Positions 52,512 through 63,193 are shown, numbered from the stretch's first letter. The stretch is 64,000 bases of DNA from Blastocatellia bacterium (GCA_963765495.1 CAVXWP010000007.1:640001-704000); one strand, 5' to 3'. Program-made: numbers and translations. The notes: a model not told the origin generated them from the letters alone.

Positions 52512-53183
52512 ATGAGCTTAAGCAAACGCGACAAGGTGGCGACCATCTATTACCCCGAATCGGATGGCAAACCAATGGGCGAGACCGATTTCCATATAGA
52601 TTTGATAGCCGATCTGCGTTTTTCCTTAAGAGCCTTTTTTCGCAATAGGTCTGATGTCTATGTTGCCAGCAACCTTTTGCTCTACTACGTCGAAGGTAAT
52701 CCCCGCAAATTCATTGTGCCCGATGTTTTCATGGTGCGTGGCGTAGGTAAAGAGCGGCGGCGGATTTACAAGCTCTGGGAGGAAGGTCACTCACCCAATG
52801 TAGTGTTCGAGATATCCTCGCGCCAGACCTGGCGCGAAGACCTGCAAAAAAAATGGCATCTGTATCAGAAATTGGGTGTGGAGGAATATTTCGTTTTCGA
52901 TCCTGAGTATGACTACTTGATCGAACCTCTCGTCGCGTACAGATTGAAAGACGGCGAGTATGTAAAGCTAAAAGTAAGAGACGGGCGAGTACGAAGCAAA
53001 GAGTTGGGATTGGATCTCGTAGACACAGGCGAGACGTTGCGCTTGTTTGATCCGAAAAAGGGACGTTTTTTGCCAACCCCCGACGAAGAAGCAGATGCGC
53101 TACGGCGAAGCGAAGCCGAAGTGCTTCGATTGCAGAAAGAGATCGAGAGTCTGCGAAAAAGCATTTCGTCTGAATCAAAATAA
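52512..53183 (+). CDS. Uma2 (DUF820) PD-(D/E)xK endonuclease-like protein
   Basis: YPESDGKPMGETDFH, VPDVF, VFEISS, K..LY..LGVEEYFVFDP. Confidence 0.9.
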   Translation: MSLSKRDKVATIYYPESDGKPMGETDFHIDLIADLRFSLRAFFRNRSDVYVASNLLLYYVEGNPRKFIVPDVFMVRGVGKERRRIYKLWEEGHSPNVVFEISSRQTWREDLQKKWHLYQKLGVEEYFVFDPEYDYLIEPLVAYRLKDGEYVKLKVRDGRVRSKELGLDLVDTGETLRLFDPKKGRFLPTPDEEADALRRSEAEVLRLQKEIESLRKSISSESK

Positions 53184-53205
53184 ACCGAGGAAGAATTATT
53201 AGATA

Positions 53206-54891
53206 ATGAGCAGCGCACCAAACAAAATCATCTACTCTATGATCGGAGTCGGCAAATACTACGACAAGAAGCCCGTGCTCAAAGACATCTATCTATCTTA
53301 TTTTTACGGCGCGAAGATAGGCGTCATCGGGCTAAACGGGTCGGGCAAAAGCTCTCTGCTCAGGATACTGGCGGGCGTGGACAAAGAGTTTGTCGGCGAA
53401 ACGGTCATAGCTCCGGGCCACACAACGGGCTTTCTCGAACAGGAGCCGCAACTCGACAACTCTAGAACCGTTCGCGAGATCGTCGAAGAAGGCGTACAGG
53501 AAACCGTGGACCTGCTCAGAGAGTATGACCGGATCAACGAGAAGTTTGCCGAGCCGATGACAGACGACGAGATGACGGACCTGCTGGAAAAACAGGGGGC
53601 CGTGCAGGAGCGTCTGGATGCGCTTGATGCCTGGGACCTCGACAGCCGGCTTGAGATGGCTATGGACGCGCTTCGCTGCCCGGCAGGCGACACTCAGGTG
53701 AATATCCTTTCCGGCGGCGAGCGGCGGCGTGTGGCCCTTTGCCGATTGCTGCTCAAGCAGCCCGATATTCTGCTTCTCGACGAGCCTACGAATCACCTCG
53801 ACGCCGAATCGGTGGCGTGGCTCGAACAGCATCTTCAAAAGTACCCCGGCACGGTCATAGCCGTGACTCACGACCGCTACTTTCTCGATAATGTGGCCGG
53901 ATGGATTCTGGAACTCGATCAGGGCCGGGGCATTCCGTGGGAGGGCAATTATTCTTCGTGGCTTGAGCAGAAACAGGCGCGGCTTGCGCACGAAGAAAAA
54001 TCGGAAAGCGAGCGCCAGAAGACTCTCGAACGCGAGCTTGAATGGATACGAATGTCGCCAAAGGGGCGGCAGGCGAAATCCAAGGCGCGTATCAAATCTT
54101 ACGAATCGCTGCTTGCGCAGGAGAGCGAGAAGCGCGCCCGTGATCTTGAAATCTACATCCCTCCCGGCCCCCGGCTCGGCAACGTCGTGATCGAGGCCAG
54201 AGGGGTGAAGAAAGCTTACGGCGACAGGCTTCTTGTTGATGAGATGTCGTTTCAGTTACCGCCGGGGGGACTGGTCGGCGTGATAGGGCCAAACGGCGCG
54301 GGCAAGACCACGCTGTTCAGGATGATTACGGGGCAGGAAACCCCGGACGACGGCTCGATTCGGGTCGGCGAGACTGTAAAGCTTGCCTATGTAGATCAGA
54401 GCCGGGACGCGCTTGATCAAAACAAGACCATCTGGGAAGAGATTTCAGACGGCAGTGATTTCATAGAGCTTGGGAAGCGGCAGGTCAATTCGCGCGCCTA
54501 CGTCGCGAGGTTCAATTTTTCAGGCTCGGATCAGCAAAAGAGGGTTGGAATGATTTCCGGCGGCGAAAGAAACCGCGTCCATCTGGCGAAGATGCTCAAG
54601 GAAGGCGCGAATGTGCTCTTGCTTGATGAGCCTACGAATGACCTCGACGTAAACACGATGCGTGCGCTTGAAGAGGCGCTCGAAAACTTTGCCGGGTGCG
54701 CCGTCATCATCACACACGATCGGTGGTTTCTTGACCGCATAGCCACTCACATACTGGCATTCGAAGGTGAGAGCCGCGTAGTCTGGTTTGAGGGCAACTA
54801 TTCCGATTACGAAGCGGACCGCCGGGCGAGACTGGGTGAAGCGGCCGATCAGCCGCACAGAATCAAGTATCGCCATTTGACCCGCGACTGA
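53206..54891 (+). CDS. ettA: Energy-dependent translational throttle ABC-F ATPase EttA
   Basis: [55 protein letters not shown]. Confidence 0.96.
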   Translation: MSSAPNKIIYSMIGVGKYYDKKPVLKDIYLSYFYGAKIGVIGLNGSGKSSLLRILAGVDKEFVGETVIAPGHTTGFLEQEPQLDNSRTVREIVEEGVQETVDLLREYDRINEKFAEPMTDDEMTDLLEKQGAVQERLDALDAWDLDSRLEMAMDALRCPAGDTQVNILSGGERRRVALCRLLLKQPDILLLDEPTNHLDAESVAWLEQHLQKYPGTVIAVTHDRYFLDNVAGWILELDQGRGIPWEGNYSSWLEQKQARLAHEEKSESERQKTLERELEWIRMSPKGRQAKSKARIKSYESLLAQESEKRARDLEIYIPPGPRLGNVVIEARGVKKAYGDRLLVDEMSFQLPPGGLVGVIGPNGAGKTTLFRMITGQETPDDGSIRVGETVKLAYVDQSRDALDQNKTIWEEISDGSDFIELGKRQVNSRAYVARFNFSGSDQQKRVGMISGGERNRVHLAKMLKEGANVLLLDEPTNDLDVNTMRALEEALENFAGCAVIITHDRWFLDRIATHILAFEGESRVVWFEGNYSDYEADRRARLGEAADQPHRIKYRHLTRD

Positions 54892-54906
54892 ACTTGAGGA
54901 GGCGAG

Positions 54907-55419
54907 ATGAAACCTATAATCTTTCTACCAGCGATTCTATCGCTAATTTTTTTATTCGCCTGCCGACAGGTAGAGACTCCGAGTCGGGATTCTGAGGCAG
55001 GCGCGAAGAGAGGATCAAGGATGACAGACAAGGTTGTCAAATCGGATAAGGAATGGCGCGAGCAACTTACGCCCGAGCAGTACCACGTAACAAGAGAGAA
55101 GGGAACCGAGCGCGCCTTTACTGGCGAATACTATGACCTGCACGATAAAGGCATATACAGATGCGTTGCCTGCGGTCAGGAACTCTTCAGTTCAGATACG
55201 AAGTTCGATTCAGGCACCGGATGGCCGAGCTTTTACGCGCCTATAGACAAGGATGCCGTAGAAGAGGAAACCGATACGACTTACGGCATGAGGCGAACCG
55301 AGGTGTTATGCAGCCGGTGTGAATCGCATCTCGGACACGTATTCGATGACGGACCCGCCCCGACACATCTTCGTTATTGCATGAATTCAGCCGCCCTCAA
55401 GTTTGAAAAAAAACCGTGA
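54907..55419 (+). CDS. msrB: Peptide-methionine (R)-S-oxide reductase with lipoprotein-type leader
   Basis: [38 protein letters not shown]; leader ending LFAC. Confidence 0.95.
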   Translation: MKPIIFLPAILSLIFLFACRQVETPSRDSEAGAKRGSRMTDKVVKSDKEWREQLTPEQYHVTREKGTERAFTGEYYDLHDKGIYRCVACGQELFSSDTKFDSGTGWPSFYAPIDKDAVEEETDTTYGMRRTEVLCSRCESHLGHVFDDGPAPTHLRYCMNSAALKFEKKP

Positions 55420-55423
55420 AGAA

Positions 55424-55569
55424 GGGGGCCGGGGATCAGGGGCCGGGGGTCGGTGTTATTGAAATCATCGCTGACCTGCCTAAATCTGTTTTATCATCGC
55501 CCGCTCCGGGCGATTACCCTGATGTCAGCCAAACAGGCCCCGGCCCCCTGCCTCTGCCCCCCGGCCCCC
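55424..55569. repeat. 7-mer (GGGGCCG-type) tandem inverted-repeat element
   Basis: GGGGGCCGGGGATCAGGGGCCGGGGGTCGG...GGCCCCGGCCCCCTGCCTCTGCCCCCCGGCCCCC. Confidence 0.75.
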
Positions 55570-55624
55570 ATCATAAAAACTCTGGTTACAACTCAAAATA
55601 CATGCTCTTATACCAATTGTAAGC

Positions 55625-55733
55625 GGCCTCTTCTTGAAGTTTTGAGTTTTGAATTTTGAGTTTTGAATTTGTACTGAAATCCGAAGATCATAACTTAAAA
55701 CTCAAATTCAAAACTCAAAACTTTAAAAAGGCC
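55625..55733. repeat. 7-mer (TTTTGAR) tandem inverted-repeat element, same family as the 23S IVS
   Basis: AAGTTTTGAGTTTTGAATTTTGAGTTTTGA...TCAAATTCAAAACTCAAAACTT. Confidence 0.88.
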
Positions 55734-55737
55734 CTGA

Positions 55738-55753
55738 CGGTATGGTACTTGCC
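55738..55753 (+). promoter_or_regulatory. Putative sigma-54 promoter of the pilin cluster
   Basis: CGGTATGGTACTTGCC fits GG-N10-GC. Confidence 0.45.
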
Positions 55754-55898
55754 TCAAGCATATATCGTTGCTTGTATTGCCCCTCGATTATCACGCTAAT
55801 TTCCTGATCGCTTGCCTCCATAAAACGGGATTTCCCCGGATTAAAGCGAATTTACAGGGCAGTAATTGAACGTAAGTTTCTGCCTTATCTGTTACATT

Positions 55899-56417
55899 AT
55901 GTTTCGACCAGAAAATATTTCATCATTTTATACTCGGCGAGAAACCAGAGCGCGCGGCTTCACGATGGTAGAGATGGCCGTCATCCTGCTGGTCATAGCA
56001 ATCATCGCCGCGTTCGCAATACCGCAGGTCGTGACCTATATACGCCTCTACAAAACGGGCGTGGCGGCTCGCAACGTAGCGACTGCTTTGCAGCGCGCCC
56101 GCTTTCTTGCGACATCCAACAACACCCGTGCAGGCGTCGCCATCAACGAGACTCAGCGTGTAGATATACAGCAATTTGATCCGGCCGGTCTTGCCGAACC
56201 TCAAAACAAAGGCATCGTTCTGTTGCCGCAAGGAATAAGTATCTCTTCGGATGCTCCCAAAGAAATAGCCTTTGACGGGCGGGGTGTGGTGACGCCTCTT
56301 CCTAAGGAAAGCCCCGCGATACGAGTCAACGGGCCAAATGGTTATTACATCATCGTCACTGTGTCGCCTACGGGGCAGGTCACGCTTTCAGACGTGAAGA
56401 ATCAGGATGATGCTTAG
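55899..56417 (+). CDS. FimT/GspH-like minor prepilin
   Basis: RG^FTMVE class III signal; LQRARFLA; FDGRG. Confidence 0.85.
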   Translation: MFRPENISSFYTRRETRARGFTMVEMAVILLVIAIIAAFAIPQVVTYIRLYKTGVAARNVATALQRARFLATSNNTRAGVAINETQRVDIQQFDPAGLAEPQNKGIVLLPQGISISSDAPKEIAFDGRGVVTPLPKESPAIRVNGPNGYYIIVTVSPTGQVTLSDVKNQDDA

Positions 56418-56479
56418 CATTTGTCCGTCGGCTGTTGTTGAAATTTATTGCAGCGGACAAAGCAGTAGAAGAGAAAAAT

Positions 56480-57109
56480 ATGAGAACACAGAAAAACGAA
56501 TCGCTTGCTCTTTGCTCTGATGAGAAGGGACTCACTTTGATAGAGGCGGTCATCGCAATGCTTGTGACCGTAGTCGGGCTGGTCAGTCTGGCCGGGATGT
56601 TCACCGTGGCTATGAAGACAAACGCGAACTCGCGCGATCTTACAACCGCGACCACGTTTGCGCAGGACAAGCTCGAACAACTCGGGGCCGTCTCCTTTCA
56701 GCGACTCGTGGACCCGAGCCGAATGAGAAACAATCCTGAAAGTCACGGCCCCGACGATGCCATCATTGTCGGGAGTCTTGAGTTTGATGCTTATGGCGCG
56801 GACGGCTCACCCTATTTCGACAAAATATTTATCGCGGGTCGCAATGATGTAGAGCCCGAAGGGACAATCACAGTGATGAAGGCCGACGGCACGGCTGAGA
56901 CCCGCAGACCCGATGGGACGATCTCGACCGGCAATCCATTCCCGGAAAATCACGTCAATTACTCTCGACGCTGGGTCATCATGTCGAGCAACGAAACCGA
57001 ACCGGCAAACAGGCGACTGACCATAGCCGTGCGCGTGAAGAGCGAAAATCAACCCTCGGGCAAAACGCCCGAACTTGTTGACCTCTACACGGTGCTCACC
57101 AATCAATAA
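56480..57109 (+). CDS. PilV-like minor prepilin
   Basis: KG^LTLIE; AQDKLEQL. Confidence 0.85.
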   Translation: MRTQKNESLALCSDEKGLTLIEAVIAMLVTVVGLVSLAGMFTVAMKTNANSRDLTTATTFAQDKLEQLGAVSFQRLVDPSRMRNNPESHGPDDAIIVGSLEFDAYGADGSPYFDKIFIAGRNDVEPEGTITVMKADGTAETRRPDGTISTGNPFPENHVNYSRRWVIMSSNETEPANRRLTIAVRVKSENQPSGKTPELVDLYTVLTNQ

Positions 57110-57123
57110 GCGAGGTTGATCCT

Positions 57124-58434
57124 ATGAAAGCAGAAGGCAGAAGACGGAAGGCAGAAGTGAAACGCATAGAGGCAAGCGGCTTGGAGCGAGGCTTTTCGCT
57201 CGTCGAGTTGACGATAGCCCTGATGGTCTTCACTATGATTATGGGATCGGTGATCCTGCTGCTTACAAAGAGCCAGGCGATCTTCCGCACCGAACAGGGC
57301 GTGAGCGAGATGGATCAGAATGCAAGGCTTGTGATCGATTTTCTGACCCGCGACATACAGCAGTCCAAAGAGAATGCTCTGGAACTCGGCCCGAAATTCC
57401 GCTCTATATATTCTTATAACGGACCCGAAGGCAAGACCGACGAGATAACCATAATCTCTTCCGATGTCGAAACAAATATGCCTCCGGCCGCGCTTCCGCT
57501 CATCCCCGCTTCGGGAAAAGATTTCAGCACGCACGACCGCTATCTTGAATTGTTGCCAAACGGCGCGGGCCATCTTGAAGCAGGCGATGTAGTCGGACGC
57601 ATGAAGACTGATGAAGAGTTCATCGTCAGCACTACGCTTGCCAACGGCTCGGTACAGTTTGATTTTCTAAAGGTCAAAAACATCTCGCTTACGCGAGAAG
57701 GCGCGATAGGCGTCACCTTCGATCCGGTTGAGCACCGGGGCGTTCAGTCGGAGGTTCCGTTCGGGGCCGTCTATGTAAACGGCGCTTTCAGTTTGCGGCC
57801 CGTCACAATCAAACGCTATTTCATCGACAGAAAGACCGACAAGGAGCACCCGGCACTCGCGCTTTCCGTAAACGACAGCGCACCCATAGCGATAGCTCGC
57901 AACGTCGTAGCCTTTCAACTCCGTTACCTCGAAGTGCCCGAAGGGCAGGTCGAAGGCGAGTGGGTCAAGTCTCAAAGCATATCCAGCAACTTAAAAACAA
58001 TTGCGGTTGAAGTAACTCTGACGGCGCGCACCGAGGTCAAAGACGATCCGACAGCCGAGCGCCTTGTTACGCTTGCGAGCGTCGTTCGCCCAAGGTCGGC
58101 GGGCGAGGGGCTCGGAGCATCGGGCGGCGGCGGGCGTTCGCCCGGGGTTCCCGGCGACGGCGGCGCGGGAGGCGATCCCGGCTGGGATGGCTCAGGCGGG
58201 GTTCCCGGCGACGGCTCAGGAAACGGTGGGCCTGGCGGCGGACCTGGCGGTGGAAACGATGGACCGGGCGGCGGTTTTGGCGGGCCGGGATCGGGTTATC
58301 CATCCGGGTACGGCTCTGGCAACAACTCAATTGATGACGGCTCAGGCGGATTCGGAGCAGGTGGATACAGAAAAGAGACCAGAAGAATCGGAAGACAGCC
58401 GAAGCTGGGCGAAAGGCTGTGGCAGAGACCATGA
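57124..58434 (+). CDS. PilW-like minor prepilin with Gly-rich C-terminal tail
   Basis: RG^FSLVE; QNAR...LTRDI; about 90-aa GGPG-rich tail. Confidence 0.85.
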   Translation: MKAEGRRRKAEVKRIEASGLERGFSLVELTIALMVFTMIMGSVILLLTKSQAIFRTEQGVSEMDQNARLVIDFLTRDIQQSKENALELGPKFRSIYSYNGPEGKTDEITIISSDVETNMPPAALPLIPASGKDFSTHDRYLELLPNGAGHLEAGDVVGRMKTDEEFIVSTTLANGSVQFDFLKVKNISLTREGAIGVTFDPVEHRGVQSEVPFGAVYVNGAFSLRPVTIKRYFIDRKTDKEHPALALSVNDSAPIAIARNVVAFQLRYLEVPEGQVEGEWVKSQSISSNLKTIAVEVTLTARTEVKDDPTAERLVTLASVVRPRSAGEGLGASGGGGRSPGVPGDGGAGGDPGWDGSGGVPGDGSGNGGPGGGPGGGNDGPGGGFGGPGSGYPSGYGSGNNSIDDGSGGFGAGGYRKETRRIGRQPKLGERLWQRP

Positions 58435-58483
58435 TTCGTCCTTTAATCACCGACAACGGACAAAATAGAGAGGGAGCAATCTT

Positions 58484-60610
58484 ATGAAAACATCGTTGCA
58501 AAAGAGAATGGCGATGATCGGCAATAATTTTCGGAGCGCGGAGTCGAGTGCGCGCCGCTCGAATGATGAAGCGGGCGTGGCGCTTATAGCTGTGCTGTTG
58601 ATTATGTCATTGATGCTGATGCTTGGACTTGCAGTGACATTCACCTCCGTGTCCGACAGGTTCATCACTTCCAATTTCAAAAATCTTACCAGCGGGTTTT
58701 ACGCCGCAGAAGCCGGTATCAGCAACATGCACCGATTGCTTCGCAGCGAGCAGCTTGTGACGGGCTCTCTGCCCGAGGTGCCGGTCGTCACTCCAGGCCA
58801 GCCTACGCTCAATCCCGATGACTTCACAGTTGCCGCCGAGCGGTTGTTCAATAAGAAAGAGGCCTTCCCAAACAACGCGGCCTACCGAACCAAGATATCA
58901 ATAGGCAATGTAAGCACTCCTTACCCGGCTGATGACAACAATCCGTCGCACGCGGCCAATCGCGTGAAGTACATCAACCCGGTCTATCCGCGTCTGGGGC
59001 AGATCGAGCCTTACTCGGTCTCATACAAGCTTGAGTCGGTCGGAGAAGGCGTGGAAGGCTTGAACGGCAATGTGACGCTGGTCGAAGAAGGCACGGTGGA
59101 ATTCAAGCTTTATGTCAGGGCCGACGGCGGCGGGATTCGCGTAGGCAGCTTTGCCGAGTTCGCGCTCTTTCACGATCACTTCAATCCTTATAACCCGGAA
59201 GGCCCGTTTATCTATCAGGGGCTTGGACCGGGCGACAGATTTTCGGGCCGAATACACACCAATGAACGATTCGGTTTCTGGACCACGGCCGACGGCTCAA
59301 ACGCCCCGGTCTTTCACGGTCATGTGACACAGGCATACCAGTCTGCAAGCTATTACAGGCACGGCGGAGGCTTTCCTCCCGCGCCCGTTGACGCAGATTC
59401 AGAGATAGTTGACGGCGTGCTGGTGGCTCCGAAATTCCTCGCCGGATTCGATAGAGGGGTGAGCCCGATCCCCCCGACCGGCAACGCATTCGATCAGGCC
59501 CGCGCGGTCCTGGACGGCGGGTTTACGCTCTCGCCCGGCACTCCTACCGACGGAGAGCTTCATACCGCGCTTCGCTCGGCTAATGATTTGAACGCATCTC
59601 TGCCCGATCCGAAAGACCCCGATTCGTTAACGCCCACGCTGCCGCGCGGCGTATACGTTCCTACAAACGGCGAGACATTTGACGGCAGCGGGCTCTATAT
59701 CATGGGTGATGCCGACGATGTGCAGTTGAGCGCAGACCCCGGGGCGAGTCGGCAGATCATAAAAGTCAAACAGGGCAATCAGACTACCACGGTAACGATA
59801 GATATGGATGCGGGCACAACGACTATTGATGCGGGCAAAGGCCCGCGCACCTTAAGAGGCGTGCCGCTGGATCGCTCGATAGTCAAGAATGGCAATCGCT
59901 CTGCCGCCTCGCTGTTTGTTTACGGCAGCGTCACATCGCTTCGAGGTCCGGGCCGTGATTCGGATGGCCAGCCCATACCGGCAATCGATTCGAACTTTGC
60001 TGTGACGGTCACGGCCGGGGGCGTACCGAGTGGAAACGCGGCCAAGCCGGTCTCGGGCGGAAGCGTCACAATAACCGGCGACATCACATACGAAACACCC
60101 GTTGTGGACGCGGCAGGCAACTCGATCAATCCCGATGCCGCAAACACGCTTGGCATATACGCATCGGGCGGCGACATAAACATTCCGCTCGATGGGACCG
60201 CACCCGACAACCTGACCGTCAACGCTTCGATAGCCGCGTTCGATCTTCGAGACGACCAGGGCAAAGCCATTCTGGGACCAAACGGCCGCCCCTCGGGCGG
60301 GCGCATAAGGTCGGATGTTGCCGGTCATCTGGGCAGTCCTTTTCGCGGCAACTTCATTCTGGTTGGCGGGGCGCAATCGAGCAACTACGACAACCTCGGT
60401 TACTACGACGGCACATTCCACGGTTACATGTACAAGGGGGTCTGGGACCCGCGATACGATCAGGGACAATCGCCGCCCTTCTATCCCGGTTACGTGGTCG
60501 ATGATGGAGGCCCGATTGGGACGCCTGAGATCACGGCGCAGACCAATATTCCGAAGGTGCTATCGTATAAACGGCTCTATTACGGCTCCGCTCAACCGAC
60601 GGGCAAATGA
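58484..60610 (+). CDS. Large PilX-like minor pilin
   Basis: AG^VALIA with no Glu5, as is typical of PilX; FYAAEAG; long beta-rich body. Confidence 0.82.
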   Translation: MKTSLQKRMAMIGNNFRSAESSARRSNDEAGVALIAVLLIMSLMLMLGLAVTFTSVSDRFITSNFKNLTSGFYAAEAGISNMHRLLRSEQLVTGSLPEVPVVTPGQPTLNPDDFTVAAERLFNKKEAFPNNAAYRTKISIGNVSTPYPADDNNPSHAANRVKYINPVYPRLGQIEPYSVSYKLESVGEGVEGLNGNVTLVEEGTVEFKLYVRADGGGIRVGSFAEFALFHDHFNPYNPEGPFIYQGLGPGDRFSGRIHTNERFGFWTTADGSNAPVFHGHVTQAYQSASYYRHGGGFPPAPVDADSEIVDGVLVAPKFLAGFDRGVSPIPPTGNAFDQARAVLDGGFTLSPGTPTDGELHTALRSANDLNASLPDPKDPDSLTPTLPRGVYVPTNGETFDGSGLYIMGDADDVQLSADPGASRQIIKVKQGNQTTTVTIDMDAGTTTIDAGKGPRTLRGVPLDRSIVKNGNRSAASLFVYGSVTSLRGPGRDSDGQPIPAIDSNFAVTVTAGGVPSGNAAKPVSGGSVTITGDITYETPVVDAAGNSINPDAANTLGIYASGGDINIPLDGTAPDNLTVNASIAAFDLRDDQGKAILGPNGRPSGGRIRSDVAGHLGSPFRGNFILVGGAQSSNYDNLGYYDGTFHGYMYKGVWDPRYDQGQSPPFYPGYVVDDGGPIGTPEITAQTNIPKVLSYKRLYYGSAQPTGK

Positions 60611-60613
60611 GCA

Positions 60614-60698
60614 GACAGGATTTACAGGATTAAAGAGGATTCAACCGCGTTCTCTTTTAATCCTGTAAATCCTGTCAAAAAAATCCGTTAATCCTGTT
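60614..60698. repeat. 9-mer tandem inverted-repeat element, copy 7
   Basis: GACAGGATTTACAGGATTAAA...TTTAATCCTGTAAATCCTGTC (21-bp perfect arms) plus an extra AATCCTGTT. Confidence 0.9.
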
Positions 60699-60699
60699 A

Positions 60700-61743
60700 T
60701 TAGCTTTCCGGGAATTTGCCGCCGCCCGGTTTTTCAGGCGGGCGCAGGGTGGTCTCTTCTACATCCTCAAAATCATCTACCAGAGCTGGATCAGGCAGAT
60801 CAGGGGCTCGGGGTATGGTTTCAGCCCCCCATCTGCTCAAGGGATATGTGCCGCTTGACAGTGGAAGGGTTCCCAAATCCTCTCGCACCTTATGGGTCTG
60901 GAGCTTGCCTCCTGCGCACTGAGTTATCAGGACGGTGATGTTGTCTTCGCCTCCCCGCTGGTTGGCGAGCGCAATCAGCGATTCGCAGGCTTCTTTGAGC
61001 GAAGGCGCTTTATCTATGATCTGGCGCATCTCTTCGGCGCGCACCTTATTGGAAAGACCGTCGCTGCAAAGCACCAGGATATCCAGATCGCGCAGTGCCA
61101 GCCGGTCAACGGCGACGCTGATTGTGGGCGAGGCCCCAAGCGCCTGCAATATGACGTTTTTGTATGTGTGGCTCTCGGCTTCTTCTTCGGTGATGTGACC
61201 CGCCTGTACGAGTTGCCCTACGAGTGACTGGTCCTGCGTTACCTGTTGTATTTGCCCGCCCCGGATCAGGTAGGCGCGAGAGTCGCCTATCTGCGCGAAG
61301 TAGACGCTTGTGTTTTCCATACCGACAGCGGTAAATGTAGCGCCCATGCCCGCGTATTCCGGGCGTTTCAGGCTCATCTCGTAGATGTAGAGATTCGCAA
61401 GTTCGATTGAGAGGCGGAGTCGTTCGGAGAAGGGAAGTTTCGCGTGTTTTGGACTGGCCTGAAGTTCGAGCATGCGGTCGCGGACGCATTCTACGGCCAG
61501 GCGGCTGGCGACTTCTCCGGCAAGCGCGCCGCCCATTCCGTCAGTCACGGCAAGCACTAATCCGTAATGGCTCTGCTCAAAGGTAGTTATATTCTCGCTC
61601 GGGTCACCCTTTACGGTTTCAGGCGTCCAGGTATCTGCGGTGGAGAGGTTGAGGACGAGAAAATTATCCTCATTACCGGGGCGAACAGACCCCAGATCGG
61701 TTTGCACGTAAACTGAGATTTTGAATCCAACGTCGTCCGACAT
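60700..61743 (-). CDS. PP2C-family Ser/Thr phosphatase (Stp1/PrpC-like)
   Basis: R..NED, DGMGG, GDSRAY, LCSDGL, GGEDNIT. Confidence 0.93.
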   Translation of the reverse strand: MSDDVGFKISVYVQTDLGSVRPGNEDNFLVLNLSTADTWTPETVKGDPSENITTFEQSHYGLVLAVTDGMGGALAGEVASRLAVECVRDRMLELQASPKHAKLPFSERLRLSIELANLYIYEMSLKRPEYAGMGATFTAVGMENTSVYFAQIGDSRAYLIRGGQIQQVTQDQSLVGQLVQAGHITEEEAESHTYKNVILQALGASPTISVAVDRLALRDLDILVLCSDGLSNKVRAEEMRQIIDKAPSLKEACESLIALANQRGGEDNITVLITQCAGGKLQTHKVREDLGTLPLSSGTYPLSRWGAETIPRAPDLPDPALVDDFEDVEETTLRPPEKPGGGKFPES

Positions 61744-61921
61744 ATTCTAAAATGGTCCAGGCCGCGAAAGCAGGTCGCCGGGCAATGATAACATATAGAT
61801 GTGGCCGACCTGATTGCTGTCTACATAAACAAATTTGTAACGGCTAATTGTGGCGCTGATTATGCTGGGCTTTCGGCCAATCCGCAATAACCGTCCGTCA
61901 TTGTAGTCACTGTCCCCTCTC

Positions 61922-63088
61922 TCAATCAAGTCTGTTCAACGCAGAATCGAGATCCGCGATAATATCTTCGGCATCTTCGATGCCTACCGATATGCGAACA
62001 AGCCCGTCGGTAATGCCAAGACGCTCGCGTTCGGGAGCGGGAACCGATGCGTGCGTCATGGTGGCCGGATGAGAGATCAACGTCTCAACCCCTCCTAGCG
62101 ATTCGCCCAACGTGCAAAGCCGCACGCTTTCAAGCACCCGCCCGGCTCGTTCGAGCGAGCCGGTTTCAAACGATATCATCCCACCGAATCCAGCCATCTG
62201 ACGGCGCGCAAGCTCATACTGAGGATGCGATTTCAATCCCGGATAATATATCTTTTCAACGCGCGGGTGCTCGGACAAAAACTGTGCTACAAGGCGTCCG
62301 TTCTCGTCGTGCTGCCGCATACGCACGGCCAGCGTCTTTGTTCCGCGCATAACAAGCCACGAATCCATCGGCGACAGTATGGCACCGGCCGCGTTCTGTA
62401 TAAACTGAAGCGCGCGCGCGTCATCCTCATCATTGAGGATCGCTGCCCCTCCCACGCTGTCGCTGTGGCCGTTAAGATACTTCGTCGTCGAGTGTACTAC
62501 AATATCCGCGCCGAGTTCGAGCGGACGTTGAAAAAACGGGCTCATAAAAGTGTTGTCAACGACAAGGCGAATGCCGCGACGGCGCGTAATCTCAGAGACG
62601 GCCTCGATGTCTACGAGCGACATGACAGGGTTTGTCGGAGTTTCGATAAAGACCATGCGGGTATTTTGCCGGGCGGCGTCCTCGATTGATTGCGGTTCGC
62701 GCGCGTCCACGTAGCTGAAATCGAGCCCGAAATTCTTCAGTATCTTGTCGAACAGGCGGTACGTGCCTCCATAAGTGTTATCGCTTACGATCACGTGATC
62801 GCCCGCCTTGAGCAGGGTCATCACCGCATTTATTGCCGCCATGCCGGAAGCGAAAGCGAAACCTGCTCGCCCGTTTTCGAGCGCGGCCAGATTCTTTTCC
62901 AGCGCCATTCGAGTCGGGTTTTGAGTCCGCGCATATTCGAATCCCTTATGTTTCCCGATGCCTTCCTGCGCGTAGGTGGATGTTTGATAGATCGGCACTA
63001 TGACTGCGCCCGTGGCCGGGTCAGGTTCCTGGCCCGCGTGAATCGCCTTCGTAGAAAATTTCATAACACTATTCTCCGGTTGTGGCAT
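61922..63088 (-). CDS. metB: Cystathionine gamma-synthase/gamma-lyase (Cys/Met PLP family)
   Basis: YARTQNPT, ETPTNP, DNTF, HSTTKYLNGHSD, ESLGGVE. Confidence 0.88.
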   Translation of the reverse strand: MPQPENSVMKFSTKAIHAGQEPDPATGAVIVPIYQTSTYAQEGIGKHKGFEYARTQNPTRMALEKNLAALENGRAGFAFASGMAAINAVMTLLKAGDHVIVSDNTYGGTYRLFDKILKNFGLDFSYVDAREPQSIEDAARQNTRMVFIETPTNPVMSLVDIEAVSEITRRRGIRLVVDNTFMSPFFQRPLELGADIVVHSTTKYLNGHSDSVGGAAILNDEDDARALQFIQNAAGAILSPMDSWLVMRGTKTLAVRMRQHDENGRLVAQFLSEHPRVEKIYYPGLKSHPQYELARRQMAGFGGMISFETGSLERAGRVLESVRLCTLGESLGGVETLISHPATMTHASVPAPERERLGITDGLVRISVGIEDAEDIIADLDSALNRLD

Positions 63089-63193
63089 CCTTCGTCTTTA
63101 ATCTAGCATCTTTCTCTCCGTTTTTTAAATTGATCGGGAAACTTCCCGGCGGGGCGTCCTGGACGGGCTTCTATTTAGAAAGAGAGAAAACTT

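Noticed and set aside
52512-53183. Uma2 gene as a restriction or defence system
   Set aside because: A lone member of a commonly expanded family with no methylase or partner gene adjacent.
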